DNA from: an uncultured virus (IMG/VR IMGVR_UViG_3300028393_000048)
Lineage: Duplodnaviria > Heunggongvirae > Uroviricota > Caudoviricetes
Direction: 5' to 3' (one strand)
IMG/VR virus record: IMGVR_UViG_3300028393_000048
Location: 56,078 to 76,077 of that record
Length of the DNA stretch: 20,000 bases
The notes below the pieces were generated by a model that saw nothing but the letters and a program-made list of their open reading frames with translations, made no database searches and was not told where the DNA came from. Of the stretch, positions 1 to 7,417 are shown piece after piece; position 1 is the first letter of the stretch; each line of letters opens with the position of its first letter. A program made the translations under genes and the position numbers.

Positions 1-256
1 ACGCATCCAAGTATTCGCTCATTATTCCTTTAAGAATACTTAGATCTCGCATTGAAATTTGATTTGCTCGTTTACTTTCTTTCATGAACTTATCAATACT
101 TTTTTGAAGTTCAAGATTGGAAACGACAGTAAAAACTTTCTTTGCTATTTCATCGGATAAATCTTTTGGATTTGTTTCTATTTTGTGCAAGATAGAGTCA
201 ACCGAAGATAAGGAAGGTGTACCAGTGTTATTTGGTTTCTTCTTTCTTGGAGCCAT
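1..256 (-). CDS. Hypothetical protein, partial (runs off the left edge; not in the supplied ORF track)
   Basis: Manual translation from ATG at 256: MAPRKKKPNNTGTPSLSSVDSILHKIETNPKDLSDEIAKKVFTVVSNLELQKSIDKFMKESKRANQISMRDLSILKGIMSEYLDA..., open to the window edge and co-oriented with its neighbours. It overlaps the end of the 228..566 ORF. Confidence 0.75.
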   Translation of the reverse strand, partial: MAPRKKKPNNTGTPSLSSVDSILHKIETNPKDLSDEIAKKVFTVVSNLELQKSIDKFMKESKRANQISMRDLSILKGIMSEYLDA

Positions 257-566
257 AACCTTGTGCTTTATTATTAATGCCAAACTTTACAAGATATTCA
301 ATTAAAACCTCAATTGAACTGGTTTTAATTTTAAAATGTTCGGGTATAAATTGACCACCATCGTGCATTTCAAAATACTCCTCACCCAAATAATTATGAT
401 TATTAAAACAAGTAATCATAACAGATGAACCTTTTGGGTCAACGATGACCGTCCATGAACGAGGATCAGATTCTGCATAATCCGTAAATACCTTATCGGT
501 AACGTATCCACTATCACGCAAACGTTTTATGAAATAACTACATGTTGTGAGCTTGTTCTTTGACAT
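228..566 (-). CDS. Hypothetical phage protein (112 aa)
   Basis: Co-oriented ORF with globular-looking composition, preceded by a TATAAATA box. No family recognised. Confidence 0.75.
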   Translation of the reverse strand: MSKNKLTTCSYFIKRLRDSGYVTDKVFTDYAESDPRSWTVIVDPKGSSVMITCFNNHNYLGEEYFEMHDGGQFIPEHFKIKTSSIEVLIEYLVKFGINNKAQGYGSKKEETK

Positions 567-571
567 AATTA

Positions 572-579
572 TATTTATA
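572..579 (-). promoter_or_regulatory. T4-type late promoter (TATAAATA)
   Basis: The minus strand reads TATAAATA-TAATT-ATG(566), an exact T4 gp55 late consensus in a short intergenic gap. Confidence 0.65.
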
Positions 580-587
580 GGTTTATT

Positions 588-1343
588 TTATTTAACAAGT
601 GCAGAAACAATATATTTTAGTTCAACATTTTCATCTTCTTTTGTAGTAAAAACAAAGATTTTCATTTCATCATTAATCTTAACCTTTACAGGGTACTTGC
701 TACTAATCAAACTCTTGAAAACCTCAATTTTGATGGAGATTGGTTCAATGTCTTTTCCTTGGTAATTTGATGATAACATCAAAGAAATATTATCCACATT
801 CTGCATAGTTTTATCATCAATCTCTGCATAGACTCTACCATCTTTTGTGTAAAAATAAATCTTTGTAACATCTGATACAAAGGAATATCCTGACATAATT
901 TGTCTGAGTTTTGATAACTCGATATCAAAAACAGTATCAAAGTTTAATTTGATTATGTTTTCAATTTTAACAGTTGATTCCTTAATAATACCATCATCAA
1001 CCAAATGATATTTAAAATGAGCATTTTCGGCTGTCTCATCGTTCTTAGACTGACACTTAATGTTATTTTTCTCAATGATCATGGTAAATTCACCATCATC
1101 ACCCAAACAATCAAGACCAGTTAAGAACTTCTTGATATTAATAATATTGAGTTTTGAATCTTCAATTTGCATCGGAAGATTACAAACAGCATAAAGAATT
1201 ACACTATTATCAGCGGAAGTACAAAGAGAATACAAACTATCGCTACTGGTTCGCAGTACGCAGCTTTCTGTAACCCTATTGATAGGCTTTAAAAGCTTTT
1301 CAATAGATGTTTTCGGAATTGGAAGAAGATTGTTATTGCTCAC
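588..1343 (-). CDS. Probable DNA polymerase sliding clamp (gp45/PCNA-like)
   Basis: 251 aa with an alternating helix/beta-strand pattern in two similar halves, ending in a clamp-like strand (VELKYIVSALVK). Lies in the replication module. No strong motif; the call is from size, pattern and context. Confidence 0.6.
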   Translation of the reverse strand: MSNNNLLPIPKTSIEKLLKPINRVTESCVLRTSSDSLYSLCTSADNSVILYAVCNLPMQIEDSKLNIINIKKFLTGLDCLGDDGEFTMIIEKNNIKCQSKNDETAENAHFKYHLVDDGIIKESTVKIENIIKLNFDTVFDIELSKLRQIMSGYSFVSDVTKIYFYTKDGRVYAEIDDKTMQNVDNISLMLSSNYQGKDIEPISIKIEVFKSLISSKYPVKVKINDEMKIFVFTTKEDENVELKYIVSALVK

Positions 1344-1794
1344 TTTGTTGAATTGTTATTTTATTAACTAATTCTAACAGAGTTTCCAAAGTATTACCAA
1401 TCCTTTCTACATTTTTTTCAATATTTGTTAGTGATTCGTTTGAAATCGGTGTATTCTGCGGCAATGGAGCAGAAGGTAACGGAATCATTTGCGCCGCTAT
1501 GTCTTCAAATGAAGGTTGAGGTGGAACAAATGACGGTGCATCTGGAATCATTGCTCTAACTTGATCTTCGGATGGGTATGGACTAGATACATTTCTATAT
1601 CCAAAATTTTGTCTAGGTGCATTGTTTCTTCTTGGATCGTGCTGTCTAACATTATTGATAAATTTATTTAAATCAATACGATTAGCTGGTACATCTGAAC
1701 TTTCTACGGTCATCTGATCCATTGTTCTAAGATGAGACCCAACCATAGCAGCAAGTTTTGCTGCTTCTAACGCTTCCTCTTGTTGGCGATTCAT
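1333..1794 (-). CDS. Hypothetical protein, Pro-rich middle and C-terminal coiled-coil-like segment
   Basis: 153 aa. PSFVPPQPSF...PLPSAPLPQ is followed by heptad-like LTNIEKNVERIGNTLETLLELVNKI. Starts 2 nt after the gp32 stop. Confidence 0.75.
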   Translation of the reverse strand: MNRQQEEALEAAKLAAMVGSHLRTMDQMTVESSDVPANRIDLNKFINNVRQHDPRRNNAPRQNFGYRNVSSPYPSEDQVRAMIPDAPSFVPPQPSFEDIAAQMIPLPSAPLPQNTPISNESLTNIEKNVERIGNTLETLLELVNKITIQQSEQ

Positions 1795-1796
1795 TC

Positions 1797-2648
1797 TTAG
1801 AGATCTTTGAGGATATCCTGAACCTTCTTCTCCTGTTCAGAAAGAACTGGTGTTGGTTTTTCAACATCTGGTTTTACATCCTCAAATGTCTTGTCATCAT
1901 CTTCTTCGGTGTCACCAATCTGGGTTGGAGTCGAAGAAACTTCCTTGCCAAAGAAATGAGAATCAAGGAGGTTCTTGATCTCCTCATACGACTTCTGTTG
2001 AAAGATAGTATCAAGACTCTTAACCTGATTGTAAATCTCATCAGCATCATCAAGACCCTCAACAGGACTTGGTGAAACAAACCTTGAAGAAACATACGTT
2101 GGATACCCACCATCATTGGTCTCAACCTTGATACGAAGATTGCAACCATTTGGAGAGAGATCAAAGATTCTGAAACCAAACTCATCCTTATCATCACCAT
2201 CAATGGCATTCTGGATGATCTTGTTAAGCTGGATACCAGCATTGATGATCTTTACCTGACCCTCGTTCTCTGGATTGCTTGGGTCTTTGATAACCAAAGC
2301 ATTGTAAAGCCACTTCTCAGACCTTTTTAAGGGACGAGACTGATCAATAAGAGTATCATTCTTTGCAGCATAAACCTTGCTACGATACTCATCAATTGGG
2401 CATTTCTCACCATACGTGTGAGGGCAGAGGCAGGAAACCTTCTTCTGTGAAAGAAGAGATGGGAATACGTGCTGGTAATAATGGAAGCGAGTCCTCTTAC
2501 CATCAGCAAGATTTGGAAGCAAGCGAACAATGTAGGTCTTGTCTGGCTCCATCTTCAAGAAGTCCCTAAAACTGTTTTCTGATACGTCCTTTGTGGAAAG
2601 CGCATCCTTGAGTGAGTCGAATATATTTGAGTTGTATTTAGTTGTCAT
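1797..2648 (-). CDS. 32: Single-stranded DNA-binding protein, T4 gp32-like
   Basis: YIVRLLP, HYYQH...CLCPHTYGEKCPID (Zn-site-like), YNALVIKDPSNPENEGQVKI, FDLSPNGCNLRIK, YVSSRF and an acidic C-terminal tail, all typical of gp32. Confidence 0.9.
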   Translation of the reverse strand: MTTKYNSNIFDSLKDALSTKDVSENSFRDFLKMEPDKTYIVRLLPNLADGKRTRFHYYQHVFPSLLSQKKVSCLCPHTYGEKCPIDEYRSKVYAAKNDTLIDQSRPLKRSEKWLYNALVIKDPSNPENEGQVKIINAGIQLNKIIQNAIDGDDKDEFGFRIFDLSPNGCNLRIKVETNDGGYPTYVSSRFVSPSPVEGLDDADEIYNQVKSLDTIFQQKSYEEIKNLLDSHFFGKEVSSTPTQIGDTEEDDDKTFEDVKPDVEKPTPVLSEQEKKVQDILKDL

Positions 2649-2659
2649 ATCTATAATCT

Positions 2660-2687
2660 ATCTTAGCAGCGTTTTTGTTTATTGCAA
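2660..2687 (-). promoter_or_regulatory. Sigma70-like promoter for gp32
   Basis: TTGCAA (2687-2682), 16 nt, then TAAGAT (2665-2660) with an extended -10 TG; 11 nt to the ATG. Confidence 0.5.
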
Positions 2688-3326
2688 GTTATTTTTAATA
2701 AAATTCTTAATTTTGTTTGTTGCCTCTTTCACTAGAGTCCTTGTTGGGGTTGATGAGATATATCTTGATTTATAAGCAACAAATTTTTCATTTAAGTTTT
2801 TGGCAAATAACTCAATCTCATCTTTTTGAAAAGAAGATAAGCTGTCAAATATACCATCCATCTCCATTAACCCATAAGGATTGATTCTATGCTCTCTGTA
2901 ATGATTTAACCAAGATGTCATGTAACCTGTCTTGTGACTCAAGTATTTTTCCAATGGAATTTTATTCTCCAAACAAAACATTGTTATGAACCTAAAGCTT
3001 TCCTTGATACTATCAAATTGCTTTTCTGGATCTTCGTCTTCTTGTTGTTTTTTAAACAAGGAATAATTTCTCGTAGCAGAAAGTGTGGTAAAAGAAACTA
3101 AAGAAGGATAAGCATCTTCTGGATGAAGAATATAAGGAGCTTTAAAGTAATCATCAATCCTTATATGATTAAATTTAGAAAGAATTAAAGATATCTTTTT
3201 TAAATTCGTAAAAGTATTGGCATCGATATCGGAAAAATTCTTTCTAGGAGTGTATGGTTGCCCCTTTCTAGAATATTTTAAATAGCAATTGTAAATTTGT
3301 TTTTCTTTATCTGATAGACTAAGCAT
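2679..3326 (-). CDS. Hypothetical protein, candidate gp59-like helicase loader
   Basis: 215 aa, basic and aromatic-rich, helical-looking. Lies immediately upstream of gp32, as gene 59 does in T4 (gp59 is about 217 aa). The functional call rests on synteny and size only. Confidence 0.45.
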   Translation of the reverse strand: MLSLSDKEKQIYNCYLKYSRKGQPYTPRKNFSDIDANTFTNLKKISLILSKFNHIRIDDYFKAPYILHPEDAYPSLVSFTTLSATRNYSLFKKQQEDEDPEKQFDSIKESFRFITMFCLENKIPLEKYLSHKTGYMTSWLNHYREHRINPYGLMEMDGIFDSLSSFQKDEIELFAKNLNEKFVAYKSRYISSTPTRTLVKEATNKIKNFIKNNLQ

Positions 3327-3621
3327 CTTTTTTTCGGTTTAATTTGGATCTGAATATCTTTTTATAGACATTTGGCGTAGATCCAAGATAAGCCTTTATA
3401 ATATTTTGTAAAGAATATTCTCCCAATAATGCAAAATATATTTTTTGGGTTTTTTTATCGTCTACTAAATATTTTAAAAAGTTTAAATAGTTCATTTTTT
3501 TACCTTTTGATATACAAACAAATGATCCAAATTTTAAAGTAATACTTTCAAATTCTTCTATGTTTAGTGCGTCATACGGGTTACTTAAATTATCAAATTG
3601 TTGTGATGATGTTATAATCAT
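3319..3621 (-). CDS. Hypothetical protein (100 aa)
   Basis: Co-oriented ORF overlapping the next start by 8 nt, preceded by TATAAATA. Function unknown. Confidence 0.7.
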   Translation of the reverse strand: MIITSSQQFDNLSNPYDALNIEEFESITLKFGSFVCISKGKKMNYLNFLKYLVDDKKTQKIYFALLGEYSLQNIIKAYLGSTPNVYKKIFRSKLNRKKDA

Positions 3622-3627
3622 TAAGTT

Positions 3628-3635
3628 TATTTATA
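3628..3635 (-). promoter_or_regulatory. T4-type late promoter (TATAAATA)
   Basis: The minus strand reads TATAAATA-AACTTA-ATG(3621). Confidence 0.65.
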
Positions 3636-3644
3636 CATAAACCG

Positions 3645-5042
3645 TTAAATGTCATCATCGTTTGAATAATTTTGTGCACTATTTAATATATCTGTTATAC
3701 TTGGATTGGAATCTGTATTTAAATTCTTGGGTGCAGATCCCTTTAATGTGTAGTTAAACACTACTTCATCAAGTTCGGTAATTGATAAAGTTGGATAATC
3801 AATTTTTAATTGTGTATGAATACCTCTTCCACCAAATCGATTTTTAGCAATACCCAAATGGATAATACCAAGCTCAAAATCCTTTTCATCAACCCAAATT
3901 GGGAACTGTGCATCAGCAGTATGAGCTAATCCCATAGATTCACTGGTTGTTTCTAAGTCTGGCATCTCGTTTTTGTAACCAGATCGATTGGTTTGTGTTG
4001 CTGTAATGATTGGACATTCAAACTTATAAGTTAATGCTCTGACATATTCGGTTATTTCCTTAATAGTGTCATAAGAATTCTTATTGGCAGTGTTGGGTGC
4101 AATCAAATTCAAATAATCCAAAATGATTGCATCGGGTTTAACACCATTTTTAATAAGTTTCTCAATATAAGTTTTAATACCCAAAACCGTAATGCCTTTG
4201 GTTGGAAATTCTTTGATGATTAATTTACTATCACTGTTCTTAACCTTATACTGATTAAGTTTATTCCTTAATGGTTCAATTTGTAGTTTCAAATCATTGG
4301 AAGGAATCCTTGATAAGGATGCACTTATTCTTTTTGCATAAACATGCTCTGGCATTTCCAATGTTATAAGAACAACTGTTTTGTTTTGATTAAGAATATT
4401 GGTTGCAATATTACCTAAGAAGATGGATTTACCAACGTTTGTTGATCCGTAGAAAACATAAAGTGCTCTACCATCTTTAAGAAAGCCACCTCCAATGTTT
4501 TTGTCGAGCCATTTCCACCCTGTTGAGATTCTTTCTTCTGTTTTTAGAAGCTCATCAACATGTTCATCAATACTCTCCAAGTAATCCAACCCAAGATTAT
4601 CTATCAAAGAAATGTTACAGGCTTCTTCAAACTTTTTAAGAATATTTTCGCTGTCGATATCGCCACTTTGAACATCTACCGAAGTATTAAAATAGGTATT
4701 TAAAATTGCCTTCTGTTTTAACCACCTTTCTGTATTTTTTATCAAAACTTCTTTATCATATGTCTTATCAATTTTATCAAAAGACAACAAAACTCTCTTC
4801 AATGATTGTTTATCTTCTTCGGAAACCAAATGCGCTTTGATCTCTGTTATATTTGGTACTGCATTATGCTCTTCGTAATAAGAATTTACAATATTAAATA
4901 TTGTTTTGATATCCTTATCCTTAAAAAAAGAAGGTTTTGCGTGATCAAAAATCGTTTCCAAGTACGATTGATCCATGATTGAGTTGAATATGATTATCTT
5001 TTCATACTCAACTAAATCTAAAGGAAGCTGTTTTTTATCCAT
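3645..5042 (-). CDS. 41: Replicative DNA helicase, T4 gp41/DnaB-like
   Basis: Walker A GSTNVGKS, ITLEM, LIIKEFPT, Walker B IILDY, ATQTNR, SESMG, KNRFG. Confidence 0.95.
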   Translation of the reverse strand: MDKKQLPLDLVEYEKIIIFNSIMDQSYLETIFDHAKPSFFKDKDIKTIFNIVNSYYEEHNAVPNITEIKAHLVSEEDKQSLKRVLLSFDKIDKTYDKEVLIKNTERWLKQKAILNTYFNTSVDVQSGDIDSENILKKFEEACNISLIDNLGLDYLESIDEHVDELLKTEERISTGWKWLDKNIGGGFLKDGRALYVFYGSTNVGKSIFLGNIATNILNQNKTVVLITLEMPEHVYAKRISASLSRIPSNDLKLQIEPLRNKLNQYKVKNSDSKLIIKEFPTKGITVLGIKTYIEKLIKNGVKPDAIILDYLNLIAPNTANKNSYDTIKEITEYVRALTYKFECPIITATQTNRSGYKNEMPDLETTSESMGLAHTADAQFPIWVDEKDFELGIIHLGIAKNRFGGRGIHTQLKIDYPTLSITELDEVVFNYTLKGSAPKNLNTDSNPSITDILNSAQNYSNDDDI

Positions 5043-5048
5043 TAAACT

Positions 5049-5077
5049 ATTATAAGTTGCTTCTCACACAAAAGCAA
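5049..5077 (-). promoter_or_regulatory. Sigma70-like promoter for the helicase (leaderless)
   Basis: TTGCTT (5077-5072), 17 nt, TATAAT (5054-5049), 6 nt, ATG(5042). Confidence 0.65.
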
Positions 5078-5079
5078 CT
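5055..5079. repeat. 8-bp perfect inverted repeat overlapping the helicase promoter
   Basis: AGTTGCTT (5055-5062), 9-nt loop, AAGCAACT (5072-5079). Confidence 0.7.
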
Positions 5080-5085
5080 CATAAA

Positions 5086-5322
5086 TCATTTGTTTCCCCA
5101 AGTTGTCCCTGCGAACAAATTACCAATACCCGTAGTAACTTTATTACCAACCTGAACACCTTTATTTGCACAACAAGTAGATTGTGTAGGAGTTGTTTCG
5201 GTTACTTCGGTTGTTTGAGCGGTATTAGAATCATTTTTAACTAAGTCGTACTTCTTCGTGAAGTATTCAAGTAGTTCTTCTTCTGTTCCACTAATAATTT
5301 CTTTTGTTGTCGTATTAATCAT
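5086..5322 (-). CDS. Small hypothetical protein (78 aa, Thr-rich)
   Basis: Fills the gap between uvsX and the helicase on the same strand; low-complexity TAQTTEVTETTPTQSTCC. Confidence 0.6.
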   Translation of the reverse strand: MINTTTKEIISGTEEELLEYFTKKYDLVKNDSNTAQTTEVTETTPTQSTCCANKGVQVGNKVTTGIGNLFAGTTWGNK

Positions 5323-5331
5323 ATAATAAAT

Positions 5332-6450
5332 TTACTCCAATGTTAAAGATTGTCCAGAATCATTTTTAAATGATAGACCAATTTGAAGTTTTTCTTCTAA
5401 TTTTGGAAGAATTTTATTCCAAACTGCTTCATCATCTTTCCATTCTTTGAAGAAACCGAGATTTTCACCATTAAAAACGTATCTATGACCATTTTTTTCA
5501 ATAACTCCGTAACCTTCTGCCATTTCAACAAGACCAGAATATTTGTTTAATCCAGTTCTAAAGTTCAAATACATCTCAATTTCTAAAAATGGAGTAACAA
5601 ATCGATTTTTTGTGGTCAATGCTCTTAATGTTAAACCATTAATACCCTTTGATAGCAAAGTTGTTTCTACATTTGAATCTTTATTCTTACTATCTTCCGA
5701 TCTTTCGGCTTTTTTTGCCATTTGAACAATTACAGATGCCATATAAAGGGGTCCAGAGCCACCTGCTTGCTTCTTAATTGCACTAGGATGGAGTTGTGAA
5801 GGATCATCATAAATATGATTGGTAAAAATCACAGGACAATTTGCTTTTGCGGCAGAATGTGTGATTGCTCTCATCATTGATTTAAGGGATTTTGCACGAT
5901 TTCCCATGTCTGGAGTGTCAGAACCCTCGTCAATCTTCTTTTTCTCTTGTGCGGTGATTAAATTACCCAAAGAATCGATAACAAGAAGTACTTTACCGTG
6001 TAAACCCTTTTCAATAACCGTATCAAGGAACTTTACAATTTGATTTCTGCAATTTTCAGTCACTTCACTAGGAACATGTTTAATTTTTGATGTATCACAC
6101 CCAAGTCTCTTTGCTGTATTCTCATCCAATGCACCCTCTGTGTCAAAATATGCAATATGCATATCTTTTTTCTGTGCATTAGCCATAACTTTGTTACACA
6201 TAAGTGTTTTACCACATGATTCAGGTCCAATAAAGCCTGTAAGTCTTCCCATTGGTACTCCACCATAAAGCGAACCAGATATAATAGCATTTAAAGCGTA
6301 TGATCCTGTATCAATCCATTCATTCACGCTTGAAAGACTGCCATCATCCAAGAATGCTGCTTCTGGGTTAAGGTCAGAAAGCACTTTAAATGCATCTTCT
6401 ACATTACCGTTTTTAACTTCATCTATTTCTTCGATTTTCTTTTTAGCCAT
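5332..6450 (-). CDS. uvsX: RecA-family recombinase, UvsX-like
   Basis: IDTGSYALNAIISG, Walker A GPESCGKT, FDTEGA, Walker B LLVIDSLG, DMGNRAK, FTNHIY, GGSG, KNRF. Confidence 0.95.
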   Translation of the reverse strand: MAKKKIEEIDEVKNGNVEDAFKVLSDLNPEAAFLDDGSLSSVNEWIDTGSYALNAIISGSLYGGVPMGRLTGFIGPESCGKTLMCNKVMANAQKKDMHIAYFDTEGALDENTAKRLGCDTSKIKHVPSEVTENCRNQIVKFLDTVIEKGLHGKVLLVIDSLGNLITAQEKKKIDEGSDTPDMGNRAKSLKSMMRAITHSAAKANCPVIFTNHIYDDPSQLHPSAIKKQAGGSGPLYMASVIVQMAKKAERSEDSKNKDSNVETTLLSKGINGLTLRALTTKNRFVTPFLEIEMYLNFRTGLNKYSGLVEMAEGYGVIEKNGHRYVFNGENLGFFKEWKDDEAVWNKILPKLEEKLQIGLSFKNDSGQSLTLE

Positions 6451-6457
6451 ATATCCT

Positions 6458-6485
6458 ATATTAACAGAAAAACCCAGAATGTCAA
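6458..6485 (-). promoter_or_regulatory. Sigma70-like promoter for uvsX
   Basis: TTGACA (6485-6480), 16 nt, TAATAT (6463-6458) with an extended -10 TG, 7 nt, ATG(6450). Confidence 0.6.
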
Positions 6486-6500
6486 AAACATTCTGGGTTT
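6468..6500 (-). terminator. Rho-independent terminator after the 6530..6910 gene
   Basis: 13-bp perfect inverted repeat AAACCCAGAATGT (6470-6482) / ACATTCTGGGTTT (6488-6500) with a 5-nt loop. The stem base runs into a T tract on the minus strand. Confidence 0.75.
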
Positions 6501-6529
6501 CCTACTGGTTTCTTTGATCAGATTACGAA

Positions 6530-6910
6530 TTACTCATCAAAAAGATTAATTACTGAACTTGAATCCTGCTGCGGTGTTGGAGGAACAAAAGCATTGTTCT
6601 GATTAAACATCTGAAGATACTGAGCCTGAAGACGGAAATCAAGAGCATCAATATCGGTGACACTAATCCTTGAATTATCATAAGTGATGTTAACATCACC
6701 TGTCTTATCAGCGAGAAACTCCCTAAAAAAGATTGGTAGTAACTGAACGGACATCTTACCTTGATTGTCTGCTGGGATTACGTGAAGAACTACTGGGTTC
6801 TTGATTACGGTTTTCGTTGTATCCGTAGCCTCAACAGTCTCACCAAGAATGGTGCGACCAACTGAATCTAGGATTATGGTTAGTTTTGTTTTGTCTGTTG
6901 TTGTTGTCAT
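6530..6910 (-). CDS. Hypothetical phage protein (126 aa, beta-rich N-terminal domain)
   Basis: Clean ORF followed by its own terminator. Short beta-strand pattern (LTIILDSVGRTILGE, TVIKNPVVLHVIP). Family not confidently recognised. Confidence 0.75.
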   Translation of the reverse strand: MTTTTDKTKLTIILDSVGRTILGETVEATDTTKTVIKNPVVLHVIPADNQGKMSVQLLPIFFREFLADKTGDVNITYDNSRISVTDIDALDFRLQAQYLQMFNQNNAFVPPTPQQDSSSVINLFDE

Positions 6911-6965
6911 ATAATAAGATTTAGAAGTGCTTATTAATTATGCAAGGGGGTAAATATTAAAAATA

Positions 6966-7391
6966 ATGAAAGAATATCAAAAAACTTATAGAGATTTGAT
7001 TTTATATAATCCACCGACATTTGACAGTAAGAATATAACTAGTTTTGATGGTGATACATATGAATCAAAATCGTTTATTGCCTATAGAGTTGAATATAAA
7101 ATAAAATATTCTGACAAAGATGAAATATATGTATCAGGGTATGATTTTATAACAGAAAAGGATGCCGAGATAGCAATGATTTCTTTTTTTGATAAACTTA
7201 TAAACGAATTAGACCCCAAGATTGCAAATAAACACTTACAAACTTTCGATGATGGAAATAAAACTTTAGAAATGAATGAAGATCCGTTTGCTAAATTAAG
7301 AAAAGATTTAGGAATGCCCCCGTATGATCCAGATAAACCAAAAACACTTAAAAAGTTTATTAAAGGTCGTTTAAGAGATATCCCATCCTAG
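6966..7391 (+). CDS. Hypothetical protein (141 aa), counter-oriented
   Basis: Occupies the gap between the polymerase and the 126-aa gene without overlap; TAAATA (6951-6956) lies 9 nt before the ATG. Confidence 0.7.
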   Translation: MKEYQKTYRDLILYNPPTFDSKNITSFDGDTYESKSFIAYRVEYKIKYSDKDEIYVSGYDFITEKDAEIAMISFFDKLINELDPKIANKHLQTFDDGNKTLEMNEDPFAKLRKDLGMPPYDPDKPKTLKKFIKGRLRDIPS

Positions 7392-7417
7392 TGCTTTTGA
7401 TATATTTGGAAACTTTT

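Noticed and set aside
117..765. Plus-strand ORFs 117..305 and 547..765
   Set aside because: Antisense shadows of minus-strand genes; their hydrophobic look follows from reverse-complemented Lys/Glu/Asn codons.
1758..2775. Alternative-frame and antisense ORFs over gp32 (1758..2075, 1874..2242, 2327..2530, 2363..2569, 2539..2775)
   Set aside because: They lie over a confident gene, have no motifs, and are explained by codon bias leaving other frames open.
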